From: Mobula hypostoma
Lineage: Eukaryota
Assembly: GCF_963921235.1 (NCBI RefSeq)
Contig: NC_086106.1
Location: 24,862,001-24,926,000, forward strand
Length of the DNA stretch: 64,000 nucleotides
Direction of reading: 5' to 3'
Part shown: one piece after another, positions 1 through 12,369 of the stretch
Numbering within the stretch: position 1 is the first letter of the stretch
Layout of the letters: every line of letters begins with the position of its first letter
The notes under the pieces: generated by a model
Told to the model about the DNA's origin: nothing
What the model saw: the letters and a program-made list of their open reading frames with translations, nothing else
Databases searched by the model: none
Made by a program: the position numbers and the translations under genes

Positions 1-881
1 AAAGGAACAAACGTATGGTTATCTCACACAGCAACAATATTGTCGCTGGTGATTCCAGTCAACGGCTTGTAAACACACTTCCGATATATTTGATAAACAG
101 ACAGCCTCTCACAGCTATCTTGACTATACCTCTTCACATATTAACTGGTCAAAATGGTTACACTTTGTCATTGTTATTCTGTTTCCTCTATGTTCTGTTC
201 TCAGTATGATGCGTTAAAAAAAAAAGCGAAACGACGTTTGAGATGTTATCATTCTGTAAAATACAGGGGTTCCCTTCCTCTTAAAATCGATACTGCACTC
301 ACTCTCATCTATTCCATTTCATATCATCCCATCGCTTTGAAAGGGAAAAAATTCCCATTGTACTTCGGATGCTCAGCCAGCACATCACTCCACGGAAGTT
401 CCGCGATCGTCCACGAGACCTTTGTCGAATTATAACTTTCTCTCCACCGTGCCATTTTTTTCCGGCTTTCTGCTGGGATCACGCTCTGCGTGACTACATT
501 GTCATGCGCAACTGCATGCTGAACTCAGTGCTGTCTCTTTTTTCTTGCGAATGGAATATGTGCTAATGTTGCCCATTCACCTCCTCGCTCACCACCAGTC
601 AAGGCCCAAACAGTCTTTCCAGATGATTCAACAGCCTACGTGCCTGTCTGTTGTGAGCTTCAACTTTGCCTGACGCCCCAGGCACGGCTTAGAATAATAT
701 AATGAAATCGCGCTAAATTTGGGAGCTTCTTCGGGCATCTTCGCTCTGTCCCCCAAAACCAACTCCAAGGTAAATTTACCAGTGATATAATTTTCTTGTG
801 AGCACACGCAGGACATTCAGTAACTGTAATGGCGTCATTGAAATATGGCACACAACAGTGCAGACAATTAATAATATTAAT

Positions 882-1193
882 NNNNNNNNNNNNNNNNNNN
901 NNNNNNNNNNNNNNNNNNNNNNNNNNNNNNNNNNNNNNNNNNNNNNNNNNNNNNNNNNNNNNNNNNNNNNNNNNNNNNNNNNNNNNNNNNNNNNNNNNNN
1001 NNNNNNNNNNNNNNNNNNNNNNNNNNNNNNNNNNNNNNNNNNNNNNNNNNNNNNNNNNNNNNNNNNNNNNNNNNNNNNNNNNNNNNNNNNNNNNNNNNNN
1101 NNNNNNNNNNNNNNNNNNNNNNNNNNNNNNNNNNNNNNNNNNNNNNNNNNNNNNNNNNNNNNNNNNNNNNNNNNNNNNNNNNNNNNNNNNNNN
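882..1193. other. Assembly gap (312 N)
   Basis: Run of N; ORFs spanning it are artefacts. Confidence 0.99.
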
Positions 1194-1389
1194 TATGTCC
1201 CTGATAGTGAGTCGATAGCTTGGAGGAATAGTTAACTGATGTGATTGGCAAGTTTTATCCCTCTGGTTCGACAGCCTGATATTTGAGAGGTAACACATTT
1301 TTCTTAACCGGCAAACGTGAGCATTGAGCCTCATTTACCTTCTTCCTGATTGCGATCCGCATGGGGTGCATGACTCGGATGGTGGGGGT

Positions 1390-2300
1390 CCCTGATCATA
1401 AATGCTGCTTCCCTGCGACAACGATCAGTGTAGCTATGTTTAATGATGTAGAATGTTTTTTTTTTTGGTGATGGACTTGGATGTATCAAGTACTGTTTTT
1501 GTAAGATGTTCCGTTCAAACCCATTGTAGTTTCCATACAGGTCTGTGACGAAGCCAATCATCATAATCTTATGTAGGAGCGTTTCCATGTCAGATTACTC
1601 CCTCGCAAACTCGAGGAAGTAGAGGAGCTGGTTCCGAAGGTTCAGGCATTTAAAGTAGATGACCCTCCTACCACTCATTTCTCTGATAAAGTCTGGTACA
1701 TATACCTCAGTGTTCCTCCACCTGAAATCAACAATCAGCTCCTTCGTCTTATTGACATTGAGTAAAATAGTTTTGTTGTGACAGATTTCAATCTTCCTCC
1801 TTGCCACTGAATCGTTGTCACTCTTTATTCGGCAAACGATATCGTCAGCAAATTTAAATATAGCCGTTGAACTGATGTTAGCCACGTAGTCAGAATTATA
1901 AAGTGAATAGAGTAGAGGAGAATAGTGCACACATTTGTGCTGCAACTGTGCTGATCGATATTGTGGGCGAGATATTGTTGTTAATCCGACCTGACTGGGT
2001 CTGCATGTGTGCAAATCGACCACCCAATTTTACAAGGAAGAACTGAGGCCTTGAAACGTGTTAATTACTTTTGAGGAGATAATAGCATTGAATGCCGGGA
2101 TGTACATACCCTTCATGATCGGAAGATCCAACTTTGAGTGAACAGCCATGAAGCAGATTTCCAGGTGATTACAAATACCAATATGACTTCCATTCTCAAA
2201 ATGGATTTATTGGAGTATGACCTCCTCTACGGCCGCCGTGAGGATAGTCTCAGTTTTGAGGAGCAAAACTTCCTGTTCTGTCTTGGCACCCTCGGACCTC
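1390..2300 (-). mobile_element. Rex-Babar-type LINE, decayed RT fragment
   Basis: Minus ORF 1595-2023 reads YSPLLYSLYNSD..IFKFADD..LLNVNKTKELIVDFR, the Rex1/Babar RT C-terminal motifs. Confidence 0.65.
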
Positions 2301-2599
2301 ATGGCAGGAATATTGATTTATCTAACTTTCGGAAATTTCTCGCCCCTCGGTTGCAAACCATGTTTTGTTGCTGGAATGGAATGTACTTCACGTAATTTGG
2401 AAAGCAAGAAGAATGTGAGTAGATAGATTGATATTTTAATTATCGACTCAAAAGACATATTCTTCTCCATTTCCCGAAAAATGTCATGTCATACATTTCA
2501 AGACCGTTATTAACTCGACTAATGAGCAATCGCCTCATAACCCTTCTGTTCCCATGTTCATAGTGGCTGGGTCAGTGTGCAAGCACATCGTAAGCCTGA

Positions 2600-2785
2600 T
2601 CACTTAGGAGCTTCGGCCAGCTCATTAGTACATTTTTGGACTATGAGTAAAAACCAATAAACCCGGAGGAAATCCAGGCAGTCACGGCGAGAAACTACAT
2701 CTCTTTACGGACGGGTTGGAAATTGAACCTGAGTCGCTGATACTGAAATTTCCAGCCGCAGCCACTATGCCATCATGCTGCCATA
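2600..2785 (-). mobile_element. tRNA-derived SINE (V-SINE-like), decayed
   Basis: Minus strand reads ggcagcatgatggcatagtggctgcgg...ctcaggttcaatttcc (A/B-box-like head), then gtgactgcctggatttcctccgggt. Confidence 0.45.
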
Positions 2786-3204
2786 TAATTTATACAAGAG
2801 CATATCTCTGCTGCAATATCGAAAACTACGATTATGACGAGTAGCAGTCGCCATGTCCGAGCCATGTCACACCGGAGTGACATTTGTCTTTCAACATATA
2901 CTCTGATTTGTACCAAAGATTGGATACAATGATGTTAGATCAGAGAAATCCCCGCCATATACACAATGAGCCGCCAGCTGCAGTGTTCCAAATCCGAGGT
3001 ATTTTGAATAGCAGACACATTAAACAATGTGTAAGTATACGGAGACATTTCCGGACCGAAATTCTGCCAATAGAAAGCGTCATATTTTCTGCATCGCGTC
3101 ACCAAGAATCTGACCGAGAAAGGAAAATTGCAGTGCAATATTGGTATTCGCCCAAGAAAGTACCGAATACTTTACCGACTTTAACATTAATTTAAGCTTT
3201 GCAA

Positions 3205-3610
3205 CCTCAACATCCCTCCATGTATTTTCTTTTATCCATCTGGTTAACTAAGAATTTCATAATTGCCTCAGTATATCTACCACTAACATAACACCTGACC
3301 GGTAGTTCGACGCATCAACAACTCTCCGTGAAAAGAAATGTACTCTGATATCTATTCGCCATACGTTCTTCCCATCAACTTATATTATGACCTCGCCTAT
3401 TTTATCTGACCGCCCTTGCAATAAATCTCTGATTATTCAGTCTAATCATGCATTTTGTCTTCTTGTGCCATCAAATGACCGCCGATGCTCATTCACTTCA
3501 GATAGAAAGGTCCACGCACGCCCATACTTTCTTCGAAAGAAAAGTGCTTTAGTCAAGGCAACATCCCAGTAAATCTAATGCACACCATCTCTAACTTTCT
3601 TATAGTCTTC
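3205..3610 (-). mobile_element. CR1 LINE 3' fragment, decayed
   Basis: Reverse complement resembles the CR1 ORF2 3' ends elsewhere in the window. Confidence 0.4.
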
Positions 3611-3679
3611 CGAAAAGCAGGCAACCAGAACTCAACAATTATACAAGTGTGATTTAATTAGGGTTTTATGGATCCGAAA

Positions 3680-4482
3680 CCCTAACTAGGAGGGTGGGCT
3701 TCATGTTTCTGGACAATAGGGCCTTGTTCCAAGGAAGGTGGGACCTGTTTCGACGGGACGGGTTGCACTGAATTGCAGGGGGACTAACATCTTTTGCGGG
3801 AAGGTTTGCTAGTACTGCTCTAGGACGTATAAACTAGTTTTGCAGTGGGGGGGGGAACCAAAGTGTTAGAGCAGATAGTCGGATGGAGGCGGATAAATGT
3901 CATGCAGAAAACTGCAAGTATAGTGCTTGGAGTAAAGCCAGATCTAACATATAAAGAGGCTTTGAGGAAAGAGAAGCAGAATAAATGGTTTAAATGTAGT
4001 AAGGTAGAAGGGCGAAATTGCGTGTACTTTAGTGCAGGAAGCATCAGAAACAACGGTGACGAACTGAGAGCCATTACAGTGGCCTATTACAGAGACTTGG
4101 CTGGCACCAACGCCCGAATGAATTTCCAACATTCCTGGATTTCAGTGTTTTAAAAGGGATGGGCGGAGGGGTAGGACAGGGGAAGGTGGCGTTACTGGTC
4201 AAGGATACACATACTGTTACCGAAGGGTGTGTAATGTAGTAGGATCCTCTTTTAAACCAGTATGGGTAGAAGTCAGGAACAAGAAGGGAGCAGTTGCTCT
4301 ATTCGGAGTATTCTATACGCCCCAGATAGCAGCAGAGATACCGAGGAACAGATTGGGAGGAAGATTTTGGAAAGGTGCAAAAACAACAGTGTTGTTATCA
4401 TGGGTGTCTTTAACTTCCCTAATACTGAATAGCACCTGATTAATTCAAATGGTTTAGATGGGGCAGAGCTTTTTTAAGTGTG
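3680..4482 (+). mobile_element. CR1-a left part (ORF1 esterase end plus endonuclease start)
   Basis: GFMFLDN..FQGRWDLFRRDGLH esterase motif; ggattcagt/WVEVRNKKG/DFNFP endonuclease motifs; breaks at GLDGAELFKCV. Confidence 0.8.
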
Positions 4483-5112
4483 TGTCATAACGGGGTCACT
4501 GGAAGGCGGATACAAATGCAAGACACAGATACTGAAGTAAAAGGAACTGGACTGGACTAGGCTCAGGGACGGTACAGGACACAGACCAGGGCCTGGGTCT
4601 TGGGCTAGGACTTTTGCATAGAAGACGTGACCAGGACAAGGATCTGGAAAATCGGAGCCTGGGCATGGATTTCGAGACTGAGACTAGACAAGGACCCAGA
4701 ACCTGGGCCTTGACTCGTGCTCAAACCCTGGACCTAGGCGAAGACATGACGAGGCTTGTCTATGCACTCCGAGCTAGAGACTAGGCAAGGACCTAGAACC
4801 TGGGTCTTGACTCGGGCTCAGACTCCGGAACTAGGCGAAGACGTGACATGGTCTTGGGAGACAGGAACCTCGGAGCCTTGGACGAGGACTGGACGCTCGG
4901 AACCTTGGGCGAGGACTGGATGTTCGGTTCCTAATTCTGGAACACGCGTACACGGAGCCTACAACTTGAGAGACAACAACATGGAACACAGAGCAGGAAC
5001 CCTCCTTGGGAACAGATTGTAGGGCTGAGACTCATACAGAGAACACAGAGCCGGGACCCCACCTTGGGAACAGGACATAGGGCTGGGACTTATACACAGA
5101 ACACAGAGCCGG
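4483..5112 (-). mobile_element. Gypsy-B 3' LTR, left portion (interrupted by ERV)
   Basis: Minus strand ends ..tcttgcatttgtatccgcc..ttatgaca; same terminus at 20054 and a related one near 63610; internal tandem units continue at 19310. Confidence 0.7.
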
Positions 5113-5794
5113 TGACAGAGTCGAGGGATATGTAATTATGGGTATAGACGAAGAATAATGACTAGCTAGTGATCAATTACCTTATGATTACTTTATCTTA
5201 CTGTCGCTGGGGACGTCAGAAAGAAACCCTAACCAGCAATACGTGACGGACCAGATATTGTTCTCTGAAAATGCTAGATAAAGGTTCAAACAAGCAATTA
5301 TCTTTTCATACCAAAGCTTTTTGAGACATAACTAAATATGGGTATAAGAATGATTGAAGGGACAATTCAAGGTATAACTAAATATGGGAAAGATAGCGTA
5401 GGGGACAGAACGTCCGAGAGAAAGTAGGAGGTGTCAATATAAGGAACTGATGTTGTATCCAGGCTTCCTTTGGCAGAAAATATGTATAACTAACCAATAA
5501 TGGTGTTACATCTAATAGTATATTAGCATATGATCGAAACTATTAACATGTGATTGAAACTATTCTAAAACTGTCTTAACTCGCTTAAATGTAAGATTTC
5601 CTGTCTACATGATGTTATAAATTGTGAAGAATTGTGATTCGGTGGAGGGTAGTGTCCGGACTGGCTCTTTGGGAGATCAGTCTGTAGCTTCCCCCATAGC
5701 ACGCTACAATAAAGGGTAAAGTTTGAGAAAGTATTGCTTGTGTTATTGTGTTCTTGGTATCTGCGTTCTTGCATCGTGTCAATCCGCCATGACA
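5113..5794 (+). repeat. ERV 5' LTR (682 bp)
   Basis: TGACAG...ATGACA; TATAAA 5616-5621; AATAAA 5708-5713; homologous to 18624-19309. Confidence 0.9.
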
Positions 5795-5797
5795 ATT

Positions 5798-5815
5798 CGG
5801 CGAGACAGCCAGGAG
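5798..5815 (+). promoter_or_regulatory. ERV primer-binding site, tRNA-Arg
   Basis: cGGCGAGaCAGCCAGGAG matches TGGCGAGCCAGCCAGGAG (complement of the tRNA-Arg 3' end) at 16/18, 3 nt after the LTR. Confidence 0.8.
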
Positions 5816-6328
5816 TCCAAGGCCAGACATATCCGTGAGATGGCGTCAGTAACCGGCTAAGTGGCAGTGAACTGAGACGGATGGGCCCACAGGTTAAGAT
5901 TTAGCTTGATCTCTCTAATTAATTGTCCACCTTGACGACCCCTTCGTCTGGCGGTTAATCCTCTGACGGACTCCTTCCGAAACCAGAGTTGAGGATCGCC
6001 CGAGTACCACAGGTCAGAAGATTCGGGGTAACAGAGGACCCAACGAGGGATTCTGAGTATAAAAGTCCGTGAATGCTGAAGAATTGAGCTGTGGAACATC
6101 AATAGAGATCTATTACCTTTTTCTTTGGGTGCATCACCGCTAATTGGGCCGTGGTTCAGTAGCAGTAACCTATTACATTTTGAAGCCGTTGACCATTCTA
6201 ATTAATATGGGGGGGGGGGGTGCGTAGCGCGGTAAATTGACCCGCACAGAACGGAACAGAAGTTTGGCCAAATACAGGGGAAGAGGCTCTCTCCTCTGCA
6301 GTCTATCAGGATGTTATAAATACGTTTT

Positions 6329-6337
6329 GAGGTAAGC
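6329..6337 (+). promoter_or_regulatory. Candidate ERV major splice donor
   Basis: GAG|GTAAGC in the leader, upstream of the repeated stem-loops and gag. Confidence 0.5.
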
Positions 6338-6359
6338 TTACGACAACTTGTCTGTCGCA

Positions 6360-6578
6360 GCATCCAGCCTTAGACCGGTTGTTAAGAGGGGGGATTCCCC
6401 ACGCGACGGTCAGTACCCTGAAGTGGATGCAGAGAGATACGGCACAAGATTAATGGGGAATAAGTGTAATAGGTTATACGGTGGTAAATCAGCACTCTGA
6501 AGTATTAACATCCAGCCTTAGACCGGTTGTTAAGAGGAGGCATCCCCCACGAGGAGGTAAGGACCCTGAATTGGATGT
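6360..6578 (+). repeat. Two 69-nt structured direct repeats in the ERV leader (candidate packaging/dimerisation signal)
   Basis: 6361-6429 and 6509-6577 share their first 29 nt; each closes CATCCA/TGGATG, with compensatory outer pair G-C vs A-T. Confidence 0.75.
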
Positions 6579-6614
6579 CAGAAAAGGAGGGGCTGACCAA
6601 ACCGGTTAGGAAGT

Positions 6615-7700
6615 ATGGGGCAACCATTAGATAAGTCTGTAAATAACACGCTATTATTGAAATTATGCAGTGATGACCCTGAAAGAGAAAATGGTTACCG
6701 AAGTTTGTCGGCATGTCTGAATCAGAAATTGGGTAGTGAAATTTGGCCTTGTGGGGTGGGGGAGGGGGGGAGGGCGGCGATGGTGGGAACCCGGGACTTA
6801 GATAAATATCTGAAAACAGATGAAGCAATTTGGAGAAGTAATGCCGGTCAAAAATGGAAGGTTTTGATGCCCAATTGATTAAAACGGCCGAGGAATTAAA
6901 TAACAGATCTAAGCAAAGTGGTTGGGAGCACAGTGCACGTCTAATAAGGATTTATGTATGTGACAATGAAGGAACTTTGAAACCGTGGGAGGCATTAAAA
7001 GGACGTTGTGCTGATTATGATACGAATAGGGCAAAACAGGATAGGAAAACCAAATATAGGCCGGTTAAGGATAGAAGACAAGGCAACTATGAAGCCGGCA
7101 GAAGTAAAACTGAGGTACCTCTGGAACTGTCCGGAATGCCCATGCTGTTTGATGATTATGAGACTGAGGAGGAGGAGTCTGGCGCACCCGTCCCCAGCCC
7201 ACGGTGCCGCCACCCCCATATGACGTTGACGCCACCCAACCCAGACGCCTCAGAATGCACCCCCCCCCACGAGTTCAATAGCCTCCCAAACCAGGGGACA
7301 ACTTCGGCAAAAGAAGGGTAATAGGCGCAAGACTAGGAGGCGACGAAACCTTTTCGTCGGAGACGGGACCCTAGTAGACCCTGAGACCGATACTGACTAT
7401 AACTTTGGTGCTGATAATGATGATCCCGAAGACCCTAGTCCACCACCTATACTAGACAAGGTAATAGCGAGTCCGATGAGACCCAGAGGGAGTGGGATCC
7501 CAAGGCAATTTCCTAACAGGACCGTTACAAATCCTAATGCAGGACAGCAGGGCCATGAGGCTACTATCCAGGTTTATACCACTTGGAAGCCCCAAGAAAT
7601 GTGTATAATCATGAACCCGGTCCCGAACAGGAAAAATGATCCCGAGGGTTTTATCGCTTATATGATTGGGACAATCCAAACTTCTCTGGCTAATCCCCAG
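6615..7700 (+). pseudogene. gag: ERV gag (MA, proline-rich region, CA N-terminus); frameshifted and truncated
   Basis: MGQ myristoylation-type start, IWPCG, Pro-rich segment, PMRP...VYTTWKPQE..PNRKNDPEGF capsid start. Confidence 0.75.
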
Positions 7701-8029
7701 GATGAATTCCCCTGTCTCCTGAGTTGCAGTGCCTTTTTGTATTTACCTTTCAAGATCAGCAGTACACTTGGACGAGGTTACCCCAAGGTTTCGAGCCATT
7801 TCTAACCATTTCCTCTCCCACCATTTTCTAACACATATTGCATAGGCAGCTTAGAGATTTACCATTTCCCGTGGGCACTACGGTAAACCTGTCCGTGGAC
7901 GACCTCCGGCTGGCAAACCCGTCAAAGACATCAAACACATGACACCAATACACTTCCAAATGCCCTGCATTCGTGGGGATACATGATCCCACTCCAAAAA
8001 GTAAAGGGAGCCGAAAGGCAAGTGAGATT

Positions 8030-11000
8030 TCTGGGAACCATTTTGAGTACAACCCCAGGGAGACCAATATCCTTTCAGGAAGGTTGGTTAGTGCTATTGG
8101 GGAAGTTTTATACTAGATTTGCAGGGGCATGGGAACCAGAGTGCCAGAGCTGACAGTGGGGCTGGGGTGCAAATAAATGATGTTAAAAGTGCAAGCAAAG
8201 CCACAAATAAAAAGGTTGTGAGTTGTGGTAAAAATCTTCTGAGGTGTATATATTTCAAAGCTAGAAGTATTGCGGGGAAGGCAGACGAGTTGAGGGCGTG
8301 GATTGACACGTGGAATTATGACGTTATAGCAATTATTGAAACTTGGCTACAGGAGAGGCAGGACTGGCAGCTTAATATTTCAGGGTTCCGATGTTTCAGA
8401 TGTGATAGAGGCGGAGGAATGAAAGGTGGCGGGGCGGGGGGTAGCCTTGCTTGTCAGGGAAAATGTAACAGTAGTGCTCAGGCAGGACAGATTAGAGGGC
8501 TTCTCTACTGAGTCCTTATGGGTAGATCTGAGAAATAGCAAAGGTATGGCCACATTAGTGGGGGTGTACTACAGATCACCCAATCGTCACCAAGAAGTGG
8601 AGGAGCAAATCTGCAGAGAAATAGCAGGCAACTGCAGGAAACATAAAGCTGTGGTGGTAGGGGATTTTAATTTTCCACATATTAATTGGGACTCCTATAC
8701 TGTTAGGGGTCAAGATGGGTTAGAGTGTGTAAAATGTGTTCAGGAAAGTTTTCTAAATCAATACATAGAGGTACCAAGTACAGAGGATGCAATATTAGAT
8801 CTCCCATTAGGAAACGAGTTAGGACAAGTGACGAAAGGGTACGTAGGGGAGCACTTTGGTTCCAGTGATCATAACACCATTAGTTTCAACTTGATCATGG
8901 ATAAAGATAGATCTGGTTCTAGGGTTGAGGTTCTAAACTGGAAGAAGGCCAAATTTGAAGAAATGCGAAAGGATCTGAAAAGCGTGGATTGTGACAGGTT
9001 GTTCTCTGGCAAGGATCTGATCGCTAAGTGGAAGCCTTCAAAGGAGAAATTTTGAGAGTGCAGATCTTGTATGTTCCTGTCAGGATTAAAGGCAAAATAA
9101 ATAGGAATACACGAACCTTGGTTCTCAAGAGACCTGGCAACCGTGATAAGGAAGAAGAGAGAGTTGTATGACATGTATGGAAAACAGGGAGTAAATAAGT
9201 TTCTTCAGTAGTATACAAATTGCAAGAAAATACTTAAGAAGGAAATCAGAATGGCAAAAAGAAGACATCAGGTTGCCCCGGCAATCAAAGTGAAAGACAG
9301 TCTATTGAGCTTTTGCAGGTATATTAAGAGTAAGACGATTGTAAGGGATAAAATTGGTCCTCTTGAAGATCAGAGTGGGCGGCTATGTGCGTTACCACAG
9401 GAAATGGGGGAGATCTTAAATGCGTTTTTTCCGTCTCTATTTACTAAGAAAACTGGCATGAAGTCTATGGAATTAAAGGAAAATAGTACTGAGATCATGG
9501 AAACGTTACAGATTGAAAGGGAAGAGGCGCTTACTATCTTGAGGCAAATTAAAGTGTATAAATCCCCAGGCCCTGACAGGGTATTCACTCGGTCCTTGAA
9601 GGAGACTAGTGCTGCAATTTCACGGGCCCTGGCAGATATATTTAAAATGCCGGTGTCTACAGGTGAGATGCTGGACGATTGAAGAATGGCTCATGTTGTT
9701 CCGTTGTTTAAAAAAAGTATAGAAAAGTTATCAGGGAAATTATAGGCCGGTAAATGTGACGTTGGTAGTGGATAAGTTATTGGAGGGAGTACTAAGAGAC
9801 AGAATCTACAAGCATTCGGATAGACAGGGACTTATTAAGGAGAGTCAACATGGCTTTGTGCGTGGTAGATCATGTTTGGCCAATCTATTGGAGTTTTTCG
9901 AGGAGGTTACCAAGAAAGTGGATGAAGGGAAGGCGGTGGATGTTGTCTACATGGATTTCAGAAACGCTTCTGACAAGATCCCGCATGGGAGGTTAGTTAG
10001 GAAAATGCAGTCGCTAGGTATACCTGGAGAAGTGGTAAATTGCATTAGACATTGGCTCAATGTAAAAAGACAAAGAGTGGTAGTAGAGGATTGCTTATCA
10101 GAGTGGAAGCCTGTGACTAGCGGTGTGCCACAGGGATCAGTGCTGTGCCCATTGTTATTTGTCATCTATATCAATGCTCTGGATGATAATGTGGTAAATT
10201 GGATCAGCAAATTTGCTGATGATGCAAAGATTGGAGGTGTAGTGTGCACCTCACAGGAGACTTTCAAAGCTTGCAGAGGGATTTGGACCGGCTGCAAAAA
10301 TTTGGTGAAAAAATGGCAGATGGAGTTTCATACAGACAAGTGTGAGGTATTGCACGTTGGAAGGACAAACCAGAATAGAACATACAGGGTTAATGGTAAG
10401 GCACTGAGGAGTGCAGTAGAACGGAGGATCTCGGAATACAGATACAAAATTCCCTAAAAGTGGTGTCACAGGTAGATAGGGTCGTAAAGAAAGCATTTGG
10501 TACATTGGCCTTTATTGATCAAAGTTGATTATAAGAGCTGTGATGTTATGGTGCGGTTGTATAAGGCACTGGTGAGGCCGAATCCGGAGTATTGTGTTCA
10601 GATCTGGTCACCAAATTACAAGAAGGATATTAATCAGGTTGAAAGCGTGCAGAGAAGGTTTGCAAGGAAGGTTTACAAGGAGAAACTCAGTTACGGAGAA
10701 AGTTGAATTGGTTAGAACTTTATTCCCTGGAGCGTAGAAGAAAGAGGGGAGCTTTAATGGCGGCATATAAAATTATAACGGGTATAGATAGAGCGAATGA
10801 AAGCAGTCATTTTCCACTGAGGCAAGAAGAGAAAAGAACCAGAGGACATGGGTTAAGGGTGAAGGGGGAAAAGTTTAAAGGGAACATTAGGGGGGGCTTA
10901 TTCACACAGAGAGTGGTGGAAGTATGGAATCAGCTGCCAGACGAGGTGGTAAATGCGGGTTCATTTTTAAAATTTAAGAATAAATTACACAGTTACATGG

Positions 11001-11126
11001 ATGGGCGGTGCACGGAGGGATTTGATCCGTGTGCACTTCAATGGGATTAGGCAGAAAATGGTGCAGCACAGCCAAGACGGGCCAAAGGCCTGCTTCTGTG
11101 ATGCAGTTTTTCTATGGTTTCTATGG
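8030..11126 (+). mobile_element. CR1-b LINE inserted in the ERV (ORF2 endonuclease and RT, decayed)
   Basis: GDFNFP, SDHN, SQHGFVRGRSC, GVPQGSVL, KFADD and EYCVQIWSP motifs; (TTCTATGG) tail at about 11110-11126. Confidence 0.92.
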
Positions 11127-11395
11127 AAAGGCAGCTCACGCCTGCAAAGGTGACCCCAATCCTTGCAACCACCTGTCCATTACGCCAAAATGCATACGTG
11201 CTTTCCTTGGCCTGTTAAACTTTTGTAGACAGTGGATTCCGAATTTTGCTCTGTGTGCAAGAGATTTGAACCTTCTGGCTTCCACTACGCTTAAGGGGCC
11301 TCTAAAACGAACTGAGCAACAGAAAGAAGCCTTTGAGGAATTGAAAAAAAAAATTCGTTCTCGAGGGCGCCTGCTCTCAGCCGTCCACTCGCTGA
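11127..11395 (+). pseudogene. pol: ERV pol fragment (RT C-terminus/connection)
   Basis: IRAFLGLLNFCRQWIPNFA..AFEELK; reads through the CTGA TSD into 16082. Confidence 0.85.
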
Positions 11396-12369
11396 TGTGA
11401 CAAGAATACACATAGATTAAGATGTAGCTGTCCTGTGCTGTCACCAGTGGAATCAGCAGTTGGTCTGTCACCTATCTTCAGGAGAGAGAGAGGTAAGGAA
11501 AACAATGGAGCAGCATAGGGAGATGTATAATGAAGGGACGGGAGAGAGAGCTGTCAAGATCGGCTCCCCCTTTGAACCCTGAACTGTTTGAAGTGATGGA
11601 CTGGCGATACCCCAGCAGGGGGATAAAAAGGGACAGGTTCGCTAAGGCAGGACACACACGACACCCGAGGTAACGACACCCTGGAAGCGGTGCGTCTCTC
11701 ACAAGTGGTGGTAAGCTTTTGGAAGGCCGGTTTGCGGGACCGGGCCATAGACGCACAGGGTGGAAAGGCACGATCGGCGGGAACCTGGTGTGTGTCCACC
11801 CTTGCCTGGGTGCCAGGTTCACCACAGAGAAACGATCGTATCTGGAAACGGAGGGGTCACGTTCGGTGACCTCAGATGACATGGCAAAGGACTCGTCCGA
11901 AAGCTGACTGCGAAGGTCTGTGTGGAAGCCCTGAATATTCATTCGTTTTTGCTCTCTCTATCCTTCCCCCCACTGTCCATCGCCACGGCAGCGATTACTG
12001 CGAACTGAACTGAACTAAATTGAACTGAACTTTTGCGTCACTTTGAAACTGGTCATTTACCCCTAGACAACGATAGAACTTGATTGATCCTTTTATCTTT
12101 AATCTGTGTACATGTATGTTCATCATTGCTGAACTCTTGCATTCATTATCCTTTTGATTGGAGTACTGTGTTGCTTGTTTCTTTAATAAAACTTTTTTAG
12201 TTCTAGTAATCCAGACTCCAACTGAGTGATCCATTTCTGCTGGTTTGGCAACCCAGTTACGGGGTACGTAACATAAGTGGGGTTCTGGTCCGCCATTTTG
12301 AACGCTAAATTTGTGACGGAGTAAATTGATTGGGTCAAAATTCCCGAGAAAGAAAAGACAAACAGCAGA

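Noticed and set aside
660-1334. Long ORFs around 0.7-1.3 kb
   Set aside because: They span the N gap; artefacts
4620-5112. Repeat-spacer-like pattern suggestive of CRISPR
   Set aside because: Eukaryotic LTR minisatellite; no unique spacers and no cas genes
6361-6577. Possible self-cleaving ribozyme in the ERV leader repeats
   Set aside because: No CTGAnGA/GAAA pair or twister/HDV core on either strand; a packaging-type structure is preferred
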